64,000 bases of DNA from Actinomycetes bacterium (GCA_046074845.1 JBJTOY010000062.1:2733-66732), one strand, 5' to 3'. Counted from the first letter of the stretch, positions 39,234 to 51,752 are shown. The notes: generated by a model from the letters alone, not told the origin. Made by a program: numbers and translations.

Positions 39234-40007
39234 ATGAGCGACCAGGAAGCACCCACCACCGAGAACGCCGGCACCGGCGAGGGCACCGTGGCCGTGGCTG
39301 AGCGACCGGCCGCGCCGGCCGTGCGCACCGAGAGCGAGCGTCGGCGCGAGGAGCGCCGGGACCGTCTCTGGTTGCCGCTGCTGCTGCCCGTGTGCTCGAT
39401 CCTCGCCGTGGCCTTCGGCGTGCTCAACATCTCGCGCCTCCTGCTGGTCTCCGGCAAGGACGGATCGGTGCTCGTCGCGACGATCCTCACGATCGCGATC
39501 CTCGTCGTCGCCACGATCGTCGCCGCGGCCAAGGCCCGCACCTCGCCGATGTGGGTGCTCGGCGCGACCGTCGTGGTGCTCACCGTCGGCCTCGGCACGC
39601 TCACGCTCGGCCCGTCGGCCGGGGAGAAGGAGGAGGGTGGCGGCGGTTACGAGCCGCCCTCGGGTCCCTCGGTCGGCTCCGTCGACGTCACCGCGCTCGC
39701 GACCCTGAAGTTCGACCAGAAGGAGTACGCGACCCCGGCCGGCATCATCGACATCAACTACGTCAACGCCGGCGGCGCGCACACCCTCGTGTTCGAGGAT
39801 CCGAAGTACGCCGGGTTCGAGCTCAAGGTCGGCCCGCCGGACCAGGACAGCGGCAAGATCGAGTTCGAGCCGGGTGAGTACGTCTTCTACTGCTCGATCC
39901 CGGGTCACAAGGCCGCCGGCATGGTCGCCACGATGATCGTGAGTGAGGCCGCTCCCGGCGCACCGGTTGCGACCGGCGCGTCGGGCGCCACCGGGGCCGA
40001 GGGTTGA
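39234..40007 (+). CDS. Multi-TM membrane-anchored cupredoxin (type-1 Cu)
   Basis: About three N-terminal TM helices, then HTLVF...FYCSIPGHKAAGM. Confidence 0.85.
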   Translation: MSDQEAPTTENAGTGEGTVAVAERPAAPAVRTESERRREERRDRLWLPLLLPVCSILAVAFGVLNISRLLLVSGKDGSVLVATILTIAILVVATIVAAAKARTSPMWVLGATVVVLTVGLGTLTLGPSAGEKEEGGGGYEPPSGPSVGSVDVTALATLKFDQKEYATPAGIIDINYVNAGGAHTLVFEDPKYAGFELKVGPPDQDSGKIEFEPGEYVFYCSIPGHKAAGMVATMIVSEAAPGAPVATGASGATGAEG

Positions 40008-40393
40008 TCGTGCGGCGGACGTCGGTACTGCTCGGTGGGTGCCTCGCGCTCGGCCTCGCGCTCGCGGCCTGCGGCGGATCGTCCGACGGCGGTGCCTACG
40101 TGCCGCCGAAGGGCCCCGTGGTCGACTCGGTCACGGTCGACTCCGGGAACCTGTACTTCAAGCCCGACCGCATCACGACCGAGGCCGGGAACGTCCGGAT
40201 CACGCTCGACAACGTCGAGACCGGCGCGCACAACCTCGTGATCGAGGGCGTGGCCCGCTTCATCCTCGAGGTGAGCGGCGAGGGCGACTCCGACACCAAC
40301 GTCGTGGCGCTCGAGACGGGCGACTACGTCTTCTACTGCTCGCTGCCCGGCCATCGGTCCGGCGGCATGGAGGGCGAGATCACCGTCGGCTGA
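40004..40393 (+). CDS. Lipoprotein cupredoxin (type-1 Cu)
   Basis: Lipobox LAACGG, then HNLVI...FYCSLPGHRSGGM. Confidence 0.87.
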   Translation: MIVRRTSVLLGGCLALGLALAACGGSSDGGAYVPPKGPVVDSVTVDSGNLYFKPDRITTEAGNVRITLDNVETGAHNLVIEGVARFILEVSGEGDSDTNVVALETGDYVFYCSLPGHRSGGMEGEITVG

Positions 40394-40442
40394 CGCCGGT
40401 GCGGATCCGTGCCGCGGGCGCCAACGGTTAGGTTCTCCACCC

Positions 40443-41174
40443 GTGAAGGACGGCCTCGACCCGCGTCGCATCCCGGCTCACGTCGCCATCGTCATGGACG
40501 GCAACGGGCGCTGGGCCCAGCGACGGGGTCTCAAGCGCACCGACGGCCACGCAGCGGGGGAGGAGGCGCTCTTCGACACCGTCGAGGGTGCGCTCGACCT
40601 CGGCATCTCCTGGCTCACCGTGTACGCGTTCTCGACCGAGAACTGGCGCCGCCCGCTCGACGAGGTGCGCTTCCTCATGCGGTTCAACGAGTCGCTGCTG
40701 CTGCGCCGCCGCGACGACCTCGACCGGCGGGGCGTGCGCGTGCGCTTCATCGGCCGTCGGGGTGGCCGCGTGCCCAAGCGGGTGGTCCGCCACATCGAGG
40801 ACACCGAGGCGCTCACCGCCCGCAATCGACGCATGACGCTCACCTTCGCCTTCAACTACGGCGGACGGGCCGAACTCGCCGACGGGGTCCGGGCGATCGC
40901 CCGGGGGGTGGCGGCCGGGCGCATCGATCCGGAGCGCATCGACGAGCGCACGATCTCCCGCCACCTGTACGCCCCTGACATGCCCGATCCCGACCTCGTG
41001 GTGCGGACCTCGGGGGAGTACCGGATCTCGAACTACCTGCTGTGGGAGTCGGCCTACTCGGAGTTCGTGTTCACCGATGTGCTCTGGCCCGACTTCCGGA
41101 CCCGCGACCTGCGGGCGGCGATCGTTGAGTACCAGCAGCGCGAGCGGCGCTTCGGCGGGGTCGAGGGCACCTGA
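40443..41174 (+). CDS. uppS: cis-Isoprenyl (undecaprenyl/decaprenyl) diphosphate synthase
   Basis: HVAIVMDGNGRWA, YAFSTENWRRP, RTSGEYRISNYLLW. Confidence 0.96.
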   Translation: MKDGLDPRRIPAHVAIVMDGNGRWAQRRGLKRTDGHAAGEEALFDTVEGALDLGISWLTVYAFSTENWRRPLDEVRFLMRFNESLLLRRRDDLDRRGVRVRFIGRRGGRVPKRVVRHIEDTEALTARNRRMTLTFAFNYGGRAELADGVRAIARGVAAGRIDPERIDERTISRHLYAPDMPDPDLVVRTSGEYRISNYLLWESAYSEFVFTDVLWPDFRTRDLRAAIVEYQQRERRFGGVEGT

Positions 41175-41244
41175 TCGGGACCGGACCGACGGGCCGCCGC
41201 GGCGCACCCCGGTGAATCCCACGGGTGTCGTTTACACTCCTCCC

Positions 41245-41967
41245 ATGGCCGGGCTGTACCGCGACGAGGGTGTGGTCCTGCGCACGGTCAAGCTCGGCGA
41301 GGCGGACCGGATCGTCACGCTGTTCCTCGCCGAGCACGGCAAGGTCCGGGCCGTGGCCAAGGGTGTGCGGCGGAGTGGCAGCCGGTTCGGGGCCCGCCTC
41401 GAACCGCCGACGAACCTCGCCGTGCAGTGCTACCGCGGCCGTGACCTCGACGTCGTCACCCAGGTCGAGGTCATCGACGTCCTGCGGGGCATCCGGGAGG
41501 ACTACACGAACCTCACCCGGGCCGCCGCCATCCTCGAGGTCGTCGACCAACTGTCCCCGGACCGCGAGCCGAACCCCGCCCTGCACCGCATGCTCGTCGG
41601 CGCGCTGCGCACGCTCGATGCGACGCCGTCGCCGATGATCACGCCGGCGTTCTTCTGGAAGGCGCTGTCGCTCGAGGGGTTCCGCCCGTTCCTCGAGGCC
41701 TGCGTGCGCTGTGGCGAACCGGCCCCGGAGTACCCGGCGATCGACCTCGCCGAGGGCGGCGTGCTGTGCGCGGGGTGCGGGCGCGTCGGCGGCACGCGCA
41801 TCACGCCCGAGGGTCTCGCCCTGCTGGATCTGCTGGTCTCCGGCGGGTTGCACCGGGCGATGGCCGAGCCCCCGGCGCCGGAGGTCATCGCCGAGGTCGA
41901 ACGCCTCGGCATCGCCGCACTCGAACACCACTCGGAGCGCCGACTCCGCAGTGCCGCCCTGCTGTAG
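41245..41967 (+). CDS. recO: DNA repair protein RecO
   Basis: GVVLR..LGEADRIV, AVAKGVRR..SRFGARLEP, CxxC...CxxC. Confidence 0.95.
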   Translation: MAGLYRDEGVVLRTVKLGEADRIVTLFLAEHGKVRAVAKGVRRSGSRFGARLEPPTNLAVQCYRGRDLDVVTQVEVIDVLRGIREDYTNLTRAAAILEVVDQLSPDREPNPALHRMLVGALRTLDATPSPMITPAFFWKALSLEGFRPFLEACVRCGEPAPEYPAIDLAEGGVLCAGCGRVGGTRITPEGLALLDLLVSGGLHRAMAEPPAPEVIAEVERLGIAALEHHSERRLRSAALL

Positions 41968-42015
41968 CGGCCGGGGTACGGGCGGACCGGCCGGCTTCAC
42001 TAGCCTGTGCCGACC

Positions 42016-43344
<1,329 letters not shown>

Positions 43345-43345
43345 C

Positions 43346-44386
43346 ATGGACCACTACGAACTGCTCGGGGTCGCGCCGGACGCGTCCAAGGACGTGATCC
43401 GCGACGCCTACCGGACCCGGCTCGACGCCCTCAGCGCAGCCGACGAGGGCGCCAAGGACGAGCAGCGCGCGGCGAACCGGGCCGAGCGGGCCCGGCTCAA
43501 CGACGCATGGAACGTGCTCTCCGACCCGTCGCAGCGGGCTCGCTACGACGAGTCGCGCGCGGAGGTCGATGACGATGTGGTGACCCCCGACGTCGTGGTC
43601 GCCGCGCCGACGCCCCCGCCGGCGGGCGCCACCCGCGTGGTCGGGGGTGGACCGCTGTCCCAGCGATCCCGACGCCCGGTGATCCCGTTGCCCGCGGGCA
43701 CGTCGCTCGCCGACACCCGGCCGCGTGTCCTCGGCATGGTCTTCGACCTGACCGTGATCATCCTCCTCGTCTTCGTCTGCCAGATCGGCGGCCAGCGCAT
43801 CATCGAGTCGCAGTACCCGGCCGAGACGGCGCGCATCGACGCGGCCCGGGAGGCTCGGGTCGACGCCTCGGAGGCCCTGTCCGAGGCCGAGGACGCGCGT
43901 CGGGCGGCCGAACGTGATCTCGCCGGGGCCCGCGGGAGCGCGGCCAAGGCCGAGGCCCGGGCCGAACTCGCCGATGCGAAGGACGCCGAGCGCGCGGCCG
44001 AGCGGGCCGACGAGCGGGCCGCCGATTCGCTCGCCACCGCGCAGGAGGACCTCCGCGGTCCGGGCACGATGATCCTCGTGCTCAGCGCGCTCATCGGCCT
44101 CGTCTACCTCGTGCCGTCCACGGCGATCACCGGACGCACGCTCGGCATGCGCCTCCGGGGCACCAAGGTGGTCCGGGTCGACGGGTCGCCGGCCACCTGG
44201 GGTGCCGCCTTCGTGCGGTTCCTCATCCCGGTGGCGATCACGACGGCGCTCTTCTACTCCCTGCCCGGGCTGCTGCTGGGCCTCGGAGCCGTGCTGTTCT
44301 GGCTCTGGGACCCGAACCGGCAGGGCCTCCACGACCGGCTGGCCCGGACGCTCGTCGTCGCCGCCCCGGTATCGAAGCGCCGCTGA
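43346..44386 (+). CDS. J-like domain + RDD-family membrane protein
   Basis: N-terminal HYELLGV...AY...AWNVLSDP..RARYD without HPD. RDD motifs R..D, GRTLG, RQGLHDRLART. Confidence 0.8.
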   Translation: MDHYELLGVAPDASKDVIRDAYRTRLDALSAADEGAKDEQRAANRAERARLNDAWNVLSDPSQRARYDESRAEVDDDVVTPDVVVAAPTPPPAGATRVVGGGPLSQRSRRPVIPLPAGTSLADTRPRVLGMVFDLTVIILLVFVCQIGGQRIIESQYPAETARIDAAREARVDASEALSEAEDARRAAERDLAGARGSAAKAEARAELADAKDAERAAERADERAADSLATAQEDLRGPGTMILVLSALIGLVYLVPSTAITGRTLGMRLRGTKVVRVDGSPATWGAAFVRFLIPVAITTALFYSLPGLLLGLGAVLFWLWDPNRQGLHDRLARTLVVAAPVSKRR

Positions 44387-44443
44387 GCGCACGCTTCCTC
44401 TAACCTTCCCCGTCTACCCGAGACCGTGAGGATCCACGACACC

Positions 44444-47113
44444 ATGAAGTACGTCTACGCGTTCGCAGAGGGCTCGAAGGAGCAGAATTTACTCCTCGGT
44501 GGCAAGGGCGCGAACCTGGCCGAGATGACCAAGATGGGTCTCCCGGTACCCCCCGGCTTCACGATCACGACCGATGCGTGCAAGGCCTACATGGCCGGTG
44601 GCGACACCATTCCGGCGGGCCTCATGGACGAGGTGGCGGGCGCGCTCGGCGCGCTCGAGGCCGACATGGGCAAGCGGCTCGGCGACGCCGAGGACCCGCT
44701 CCTCGTCTCGGTGCGCTCCGGTGCGGCGTTCTCGATGCCGGGCATGATGGACACCGTCCTCAACCTCGGGCTCAACGACGCCTCGGTGCGTGGGCTCGCG
44801 AAGCAGACCGGCAACGAGCGGTTCGCGTTCGACTCCTACCGCCGCTTCGTGCAGATGTTCGGCAAGATCGTGCTCGACGTCCCGGCCGACCTCTTCGAGG
44901 AGGCACTCCACGACCTCATGGAGGCCAAGGGCGTCGCGGTCGACACCGCGCTGAGCGCCGAGGACCTCGAGGGTCTCGTCACGACGTTCAAGGGCATCGT
45001 CAAGGCGCGGGCGGGCATCGACTTCCCGGACACGCCGCAGGAGCAGCTCGCCCATGCGGTCGAGGCAGTGTTCCGCTCGTGGAACGGTCGCCGGGCCAAG
45101 GACTACCGCAAGATGGAGGGCATCGCCGACGACCTCGGCACCGCCGTGAACGTCCAGACCATGGTGTTCGGGAACAAGGGCGACGACTCCGGGACCGGCG
45201 TGGCATTCACCCGGAACCCGTCCACGGGCGACAACGTGGGGTACGGCGACTTCCTCAAGAACGCCCAGGGCGAGGACGTCGTGGCCGGCATCCGGATCAC
45301 CGAGCCGCTCGAGGCCATGCGCAACGAGTTCCCCGAGTGCCGGGAGCAGTTGCTCGGGATCATGGACACCCTCGAGCAGCACTACCGCGACATGTGCGAC
45401 ATCGAGTTCACCATCGAGCAGGGTCGCCTCTTCATCCTCCAGACCCGGGTCGGGAAGCGGACCGCCCTGGCGGCGCTGCGCATGGCGGTGGAGATGGAGG
45501 CCGAGGGCATGATCGACAAGCGGGAGGCCGTCCTGCGGGTCCAGCCGGCCCAGCTCGACCAGCTGCTCCACCCGCAGTTCGACCCGAACGCGTCCTACGT
45601 GTCGCTCGCCAAGGGCCTCAACGCGTCCCCGGGTGCGGCGGTCGGCCGGGTGTACTTCACCGCGGACGACGCCGAGGCGGCGGCCGCGGCGGGCGAGCGC
45701 GTCATCCTCGTGCGCCCCGAGACCTCGCCGGACGACCTCCACGGCATGATCGCCGCCGAGGGCATCCTCACCTCCCGCGGCGGGCTCGTGAGCCACGCGG
45801 CGGTGGTGGCCCGCGGCATGGGCAAGCCGGCGATCTGCGGCGCCGATGCACTCCAGATCGACCTCGGACGCAAGGCCTTCGTGGTGGCCCAGCCCGGGGC
45901 CGACGGCACGCCGGCGCAGACCACGGTGCGCGAGGGCGACCTCATCTCCATCAACGGCACCACCGGCGAGGTCGTCGTCGGCGAGGTGGCCGTCGTCACG
46001 CCGGAGCCGAGCGGTCCGTTCGGGATCGTGCTCGGGTGGGCCGATGAGTTCCGCACGCTGAAGGTGCGCACGAACGCCGACCTCCCCGAGGACTGCGAGA
46101 AGGCCATCGAGTTCGGGGCCGAGGGCGTCGGGCTGTGTCGCACCGAGCACATGTTCCTCGGGGACCGGCTGCCGATCGTGCAGGCGATGATCCTCGCCGA
46201 CTCGCCCGAGGCCGAGGCCTCGGCCATGGCGGCCCTGCTCGACCAGCAGCGCACCGACTTCGAGGGCATCCTCGAGGCCATGGACGGCAAGCCGGTGACG
46301 GTGCGTCTCCTCGACCCGCCGCTGCACGAGTTCCTCCCGCACCACGACGAACTCCAGGCCCGTCGGGCCGCCGCGTTCATCCGCGGATCGGCCGATCCCG
46401 AGGCCGAGCACCTCTGGGCGGCGGTGAAGCGCTGGGAGGAGTCGAACCCGATGCTCGGGATCCGCGGCTGCCGTCTCGGCATCCTCAAGCCCGCGCTGTA
46501 CCGCATGCAGGTCCGCGCCCTCCTCGAGGCCGCCGTCACGCGCAAGCGGGCCGGCGGCGACCCGCAGGTCGAGATCATGGTGCCGCTCACCGTGATCCGC
46601 ACCGAGATGGAGCTGCTCGACGGCTGGATCCGCACCGAGGCCGAGGCGGTGTTCGCCGAGCAGGGCGTGCGGGTCGACTACCTCGTCGGCACGATGGTCG
46701 AGACGCCCCGGGCCGCGATCACGGCCGGCGAGATCGCCGAGACCGCCCAGTTCTTCTCCTTCGGCACGAACGACCTCACCCAGATGACGTTCGGCTTCAG
46801 CCGGGACGACGTCGAGGGCCGGATGATGCCGGTGTACCTCGAGGGCAAGATCCTCGGCGTCAGCCCGTTCGAGCAGCTCGACCGGACCGGCGTCGGCGAG
46901 CTCATCCGGTGGGCGAAGGAGAAGGGCCGCGCCGTGCGACCCGACCTCAAGCTCGGGATCTGCGGCGAGCACGGTGGTGACCCGACCTCGGTGCACTTCT
47001 GCCACGAGGTCGGTCTCGACTACGTGTCGGCCTCGCCGTACCGCGTGCCCCTGGCCCGCCTCGCCGCGGCCCACGCCGCACTCGAGGCGACCGGGCCCGG
47101 TACGACGGCCTGA
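44444..47113 (+). CDS. ppdK: Pyruvate, phosphate dikinase
   Basis: LGGKGANLAEM, VSVRSGA, SHAAVVARG (phospho-His), SFGTNDLTQ, GICGEHGG. Confidence 0.98.
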   Translation: MKYVYAFAEGSKEQNLLLGGKGANLAEMTKMGLPVPPGFTITTDACKAYMAGGDTIPAGLMDEVAGALGALEADMGKRLGDAEDPLLVSVRSGAAFSMPGMMDTVLNLGLNDASVRGLAKQTGNERFAFDSYRRFVQMFGKIVLDVPADLFEEALHDLMEAKGVAVDTALSAEDLEGLVTTFKGIVKARAGIDFPDTPQEQLAHAVEAVFRSWNGRRAKDYRKMEGIADDLGTAVNVQTMVFGNKGDDSGTGVAFTRNPSTGDNVGYGDFLKNAQGEDVVAGIRITEPLEAMRNEFPECREQLLGIMDTLEQHYRDMCDIEFTIEQGRLFILQTRVGKRTALAALRMAVEMEAEGMIDKREAVLRVQPAQLDQLLHPQFDPNASYVSLAKGLNASPGAAVGRVYFTADDAEAAAAAGERVILVRPETSPDDLHGMIAAEGILTSRGGLVSHAAVVARGMGKPAICGADALQIDLGRKAFVVAQPGADGTPAQTTVREGDLISINGTTGEVVVGEVAVVTPEPSGPFGIVLGWADEFRTLKVRTNADLPEDCEKAIEFGAEGVGLCRTEHMFLGDRLPIVQAMILADSPEAEASAMAALLDQQRTDFEGILEAMDGKPVTVRLLDPPLHEFLPHHDELQARRAAAFIRGSADPEAEHLWAAVKRWEESNPMLGIRGCRLGILKPALYRMQVRALLEAAVTRKRAGGDPQVEIMVPLTVIRTEMELLDGWIRTEAEAVFAEQGVRVDYLVGTMVETPRAAITAGEIAETAQFFSFGTNDLTQMTFGFSRDDVEGRMMPVYLEGKILGVSPFEQLDRTGVGELIRWAKEKGRAVRPDLKLGICGEHGGDPTSVHFCHEVGLDYVSASPYRVPLARLAAAHAALEATGPGTTA

Positions 47114-47148
47114 CCGCAGGGCGCGCCGAGCGCCGCACCGCACGACAC

Positions 47149-47182
47149 CGACGCCCCCGGAGCTCCTGCCCCGGGGGCGTCG
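47149..47182 (+). terminator. GC-rich hairpin after ppdK
   Basis: CGACGCCCCCGG-10 nt-CCGGGGGCGTCG, a perfect 12-bp stem. No U-tract. Confidence 0.55.
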
Positions 47183-47210
47183 TCCGACCCCGTCGCTACC
47201 ATCGGCCCCG

Positions 47211-48422
47211 ATGGACCAGCCGACCGACCCGCCCGAACCCGCACCTGGGTCCTCGTCCGGTTCCGCCGCGGGCGACGCACACCTCACCGAGCGCGCCCGG
47301 GCCTGGGCGGCCACGATGCATGGCCACGACGAGGCGGGCGCGGTGGTGCTCGCGCACGCCGACTCCGGGGCGGCGATCGATCGGCCCGCGGCCGTCGGGC
47401 GTGCGGCCCGAGAGGAGGCCGAGGCCCGTTGGCTCGCCGGGGGTGCCACGCTGGCCGTCGGGGCCGGTCACCGGGCCCTCGCCGAGGAGCCCGATCCGGA
47501 ACGCACCTGCTTCGAGCGCGACCGCGACCGGATCCTGCACCGGGCGACGGCCTTCCGGCGCCTCGCCGGCAAGACCCAGGTGTTCATCTTCCCGGAGGAC
47601 CACCAGCGAACCCGCCTGACGCACGCGCTCGAGGTCGCCCAGGTCGCCACCGGCATCGCCCGGGCGGTGCGGCTCAACGTTGCGCTCGCCGAGGCGATCG
47701 CGCTCGGGCACGACTGCGGGCACGGCCCGTTCGGCCACGCGAGCGAGGACGCCTTCGGCCCGTACCTGCCGGGCGGCTACGACCATGCGGTCTGGGGCGC
47801 CGATGTCGTGCTCGCGCCGCTCAACCTCTGCGTCGAGACCCTCGACGGCATCCGCAACCACTCGTGGTCCCGGCCCGCACCGATGACCCCGGAGGGTGAG
47901 GTCGTGTCCTGGGCGGACCGCATCGCTTACGTCTGCCACGACTTCGAGGATGCCGTGGACGCCGGCATCGTGACCCCGGCGATGCTCCCCGAGCTCGTCC
48001 GGGAGCGGTGCGGGTCCACCCGGTCCCAGCAGTTGCACACCTTCATCGGTGCGGTGGTCGAGGCCGTGCGGACGACGGGCCGGATCAGCATGGCCGCCCC
48101 GGTGGCCGAGGCCCTCGCAGCCTTCCGGGCCTTCAACTACGAGCGCATCTACATGCGCCCGGCCTCGGTGGCCCAGGGGGATGCGGTCATCCGGCTCCTG
48201 AGGGCCCTCGTCGACTTCTACGCCGATCGCCCGAACGTCCTGCCCTTCGGCGAACTCGGAGCTCTCGGTCGGGCCGGGGTGGCGGCCGGGAGTGAGGACG
48301 CCGTGCGTGAGGCGGTCACCTACGTGGCCGGGATGACCGATCGGTTCGCGTTCGCGCAGGCGCGGGCGCACCTCGGGTGGGACCCCGACGCCGTGCCGGC
48401 GGGGGTCGATCTCGGGCGCTGA
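47211..48422 (+). CDS. dgt: dGTP triphosphohydrolase-like HD protein
   Basis: RDRDRILH, FRRLAGKTQVF, RTRLTH, GHDCGHGPFGH, YVAGMTDRFA. Lies upstream of dnaG. Confidence 0.88.
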   Translation: MDQPTDPPEPAPGSSSGSAAGDAHLTERARAWAATMHGHDEAGAVVLAHADSGAAIDRPAAVGRAAREEAEARWLAGGATLAVGAGHRALAEEPDPERTCFERDRDRILHRATAFRRLAGKTQVFIFPEDHQRTRLTHALEVAQVATGIARAVRLNVALAEAIALGHDCGHGPFGHASEDAFGPYLPGGYDHAVWGADVVLAPLNLCVETLDGIRNHSWSRPAPMTPEGEVVSWADRIAYVCHDFEDAVDAGIVTPAMLPELVRERCGSTRSQQLHTFIGAVVEAVRTTGRISMAAPVAEALAAFRAFNYERIYMRPASVAQGDAVIRLLRALVDFYADRPNVLPFGELGALGRAGVAAGSEDAVREAVTYVAGMTDRFAFAQARAHLGWDPDAVPAGVDLGR

Positions 48423-48512
48423 CGCGCGGATCCGTCACGTCCCCGACCCTTCCGTGCGCGTCGGTGGGGGTGCGGGAGCGGGGTGCCGACGATCGGCCTA
48501 TCCTCCGAACCG

Positions 48513-50363
48513 ATGGGGATCGTCGCCGAGGACATCGCACGGGTTCGGGAATCGACCGACATCGTCGGGCTGATTTCCGAGCGTGTCGCGCTCAAGCGCG
48601 TCGGTCGCCGCTACCAGGGTCTCTGCCCGTTCCACAACGAGAAGAGCGCATCGTTCTCGGTGAACCCCGAACTCGGCGTGTACCACTGCTTCGGGTGTCA
48701 GGCGAGCGGGGACTCGATCACCTTCCTGCGCGAACTCGACCACATCGACTTCATCGACGCGGTCGAGCGGCTCGCGGCGCGGGCCGGCATCACGCTCCGG
48801 TACGACGACGCGAAGGCGAACCAGGATCGTCAGAAGCGCAGTCGGCTCGTCGAGGCGATGCGGGCCGCGGTGGCGATCTACCACGATCGGCTCCTCACCT
48901 CGTCGGACGCCGGACCGGCCCGGGCCTACCTGCGGTCCCGTGGTTTCGATGGCGATGCGGCACGGCGGTTCGAGCTGGGCTGGGCGCCCGACGGCTACGA
49001 CGTGCTCACCCGGGCCCTGCTCGATCAGAGGTTCTCCCGGGACGACCTCGCGGCGGTCGGCCTCACCTTCACGAACCGGGCCAACCGGATGCAGGACCAG
49101 TTCCGCAACCGGCTCATGTTCCCGATCTTCGATCGTCAGGGCGATCCCGTGGGGTTCGGCGGCCGGACGCTCACCGGCGACGGTCCGAAGTACAAGAACT
49201 CGCCCGAGACGCCGCTGTACCACAAGAGCCGGATCCTCTACGGGCTCAACTGGGCGAAGGCGGAGGTGAGCGCGCGCGACGCGGTCGTGATCTGTGAGGG
49301 CTACACCGACGTGATGGCCTTCGCGCTCGCCGGCGTGCCGAACGCCGTCGCGACCTGTGGCACCGCACTCACCGAGGACCACGTGCAGGTGCTCAAGAAC
49401 TTCACCCGCCACATCGTGCTCGCGTACGACGCGGACAACGCGGGTCAGACCGCAGCCGAGAAGTGGTACACGTGGGAGCAACGCTTCGAGATCGACGTGC
49501 GGGTCGCCGCGCTGCCGACCGGGGGCGACCCGGCCGACCTCTTCAAGGCCGATCCCGACGCGCTCGGTCGCGCGGTCGACGGCGCGCGTTCGTTCATGCA
49601 GTTCAAGCTCGACCGTGTCCTCGGTGCGGCGGACCTCACCACGCCGGAGGGCCGGGCCCGGGCGGCGGAGGCCTCGGTGCGCGTGCTGCGCGAGCACACG
49701 AACGAACTCGTGCGCGAGGGCTACATCCAACAGGTGGCCGGCGTGACCGGCTTCGACCACTCCTGGTTCAAGGACGCGATCGCCCGACCGGCACCTCGGC
49801 GGGGCGAGGAGCCGGAGCCGACCACGGCCGAGCGTCCCGTGGTGCGGGTCGACCCGAGCGCCCGGGTGGACCGCCGTGAGATCGAGGCGCTTCGGTGGGC
49901 GATCCACGAGCCGGCCCAGGTGGCATCCTGGATCGACGTCTCCCTGTTCGGCGACCCGTTGGCCATCGAGGCCTTCGAGCTCCTCGCGGCCTCGGCCTCG
50001 TTCCACGAGGCCCTCACCCAGGCCACGGGCCCGGTGCTGGCCCTCCTCGAGCAGTTGGCGGTGGAGGAGCCCGTCGTCGACGGCGAGCCGGAGACCCTCC
50101 ACGCCCGGCTCGTGGTGAGCCTGGTGGAGCCGGCGGGGGAGCGCTGGCTGGCGGACCTGCTCCGGCGGGGGGACGAGCGGGCCATGGAGGTCAAGCCCCT
50201 GCTGGACCGCATCGCGCACGCCCGGAACTCGGACTGGGCGGTGGGGGAGCAGGCGGCCCTTCAGTTGGTCGGGATGCTGGCCGATGCTCAGGCACCCGTC
50301 GACGACGGGTCCGCTCCGGCGGCCGAGCCGAACACCGAGGTGCCCGTGGGGTCCGAGGCATGA
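48513..50363 (+). CDS. dnaG: DNA primase
   Basis: CPFH...CFGC zinc finger, [12 protein letters not shown], Toprim EGYTDV and DAD. Confidence 0.97.
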   Translation: MGIVAEDIARVRESTDIVGLISERVALKRVGRRYQGLCPFHNEKSASFSVNPELGVYHCFGCQASGDSITFLRELDHIDFIDAVERLAARAGITLRYDDAKANQDRQKRSRLVEAMRAAVAIYHDRLLTSSDAGPARAYLRSRGFDGDAARRFELGWAPDGYDVLTRALLDQRFSRDDLAAVGLTFTNRANRMQDQFRNRLMFPIFDRQGDPVGFGGRTLTGDGPKYKNSPETPLYHKSRILYGLNWAKAEVSARDAVVICEGYTDVMAFALAGVPNAVATCGTALTEDHVQVLKNFTRHIVLAYDADNAGQTAAEKWYTWEQRFEIDVRVAALPTGGDPADLFKADPDALGRAVDGARSFMQFKLDRVLGAADLTTPEGRARAAEASVRVLREHTNELVREGYIQQVAGVTGFDHSWFKDAIARPAPRRGEEPEPTTAERPVVRVDPSARVDRREIEALRWAIHEPAQVASWIDVSLFGDPLAIEAFELLAASASFHEALTQATGPVLALLEQLAVEEPVVDGEPETLHARLVVSLVEPAGERWLADLLRRGDERAMEVKPLLDRIAHARNSDWAVGEQAALQLVGMLADAQAPVDDGSAPAAEPNTEVPVGSEA

Positions 50364-51718
50364 CCGAGCACGAGGTCGAGCACACCGACGACGCCCGCCG
50401 TCGTCATCCCGCCGCGCCGGACCCCGGCGCGGCGCTGGTCGACGAGGCGATCCGCACGGCGAGCGCCGCCCCGGTCGTCGCGCCGACCGACGAGGCCGTC
50501 GACGCGCTGCTCTTCCGCGCGCGGGACAAGGACCGGCTCTACGTGACCACGGGCGAGATCTTCGCCGCGTTCCCGGGATTCGAGCCCTCCACCGACGAGC
50601 TCGCGGCGATCCACGCGCGGGTCGAGGCCGCCGGCATGCAGATCGTCGACGAGATCACGGACGAGTTGCAGCGCGAGGACGAGGCCAACCGCCGCAAGGG
50701 CGCGGAGCCTGCGCTGCCGGCGCGCAGCGCGGACGAACGGCGGATCCTGCGGCCCCGACGCAGCGCCGGCGGCGCCGACGGCGGTTCCTTCGACCCGGTC
50801 CGCATCTACCTGCGCGAGATCGGGCAGGTGCCGCTGCTCACCGCGCCCCAGGAGGTGCGCCTCGCCCAGCGCCTCGAGGCCGGGGTGCACGCCCGGGAGC
50901 GACTCGAGGCCGCGGCGGGCTTCGGCGTGCCCGACCTCCTCGATGACGAGGAGCGTGCCAGCCTCGAGGCGGTCGCCGCCGACGGGGCGCTCGCCCGACA
51001 GCAGCTCACCGAGGCGAACCTCCGTCTCGTCGTCTCCATCGCCAAGCGGTACGTCGGACGCGGGATGGCCCTGCTCGACCTCGTGCAGGAGGGCAACATC
51101 GGCCTCATGCGTGCGGTCGAGAAGTTCGACTACACGAAGGGCTTCAAGTTCTCCACCTACGCGACGTGGTGGATCCGTCAGGCGATCACGCGCTCGATCG
51201 CGGATCAGGCCCGTACGATCCGCATCCCGGTGCACATGGTCGAGACCATGAACAAGGTCCAGCGGATGCAGCGCCAGCTCCTCTCCGAACTCAACCGCGA
51301 GCCGACGCTCGAGGAGATCGCCGAGAAGGTCGAGATGACGCCGGAGCGGGTCCAGGAGATCCTTCGGCTCGGCCAGGACCCGTTGTCGCTCGAGGCGCCG
51401 CTCGGTGAGGAGGACGGGTCCTCGATCGGGGACTTCGTGGCCGACCCGAACGCGGTCGCCCCGGCGGCGGCCGCGGATCTGGCCCAGCTGCAGGCCGACA
51501 TCCGGGAGGCCCTCGAGGAGCTCAACCCGCGTGAGCGCGAGGTGGTGATGCTGCGCTTCGGCCTCGCCGACGGGCAGGTCCGCACCCTCGAGGAGGTGGG
51601 GAAGGCCTTCGGCGTGACGCGGGAACGGATCCGTCAGATCGAGTCGAAGACGCTCGCGAAGTTGCGGCACCCGACCCGGCGCAGCGCACGCCTGCGCGAG
51701 TACCTGCCCGAACTCTGA
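50360..51718 (+). CDS. rpoD: Primary-type sigma-70 factor
   Basis: [49 protein letters not shown]. Confidence 0.93.
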   Translation: MTEHEVEHTDDARRRHPAAPDPGAALVDEAIRTASAAPVVAPTDEAVDALLFRARDKDRLYVTTGEIFAAFPGFEPSTDELAAIHARVEAAGMQIVDEITDELQREDEANRRKGAEPALPARSADERRILRPRRSAGGADGGSFDPVRIYLREIGQVPLLTAPQEVRLAQRLEAGVHARERLEAAAGFGVPDLLDDEERASLEAVAADGALARQQLTEANLRLVVSIAKRYVGRGMALLDLVQEGNIGLMRAVEKFDYTKGFKFSTYATWWIRQAITRSIADQARTIRIPVHMVETMNKVQRMQRQLLSELNREPTLEEIAEKVEMTPERVQEILRLGQDPLSLEAPLGEEDGSSIGDFVADPNAVAPAAAADLAQLQADIREALEELNPREREVVMLRFGLADGQVRTLEEVGKAFGVTRERIRQIESKTLAKLRHPTRRSARLREYLPEL

Positions 51719-51752
51719 GCGGAGGGGCGCAGTCCGCCCCGAACGATCGCGG

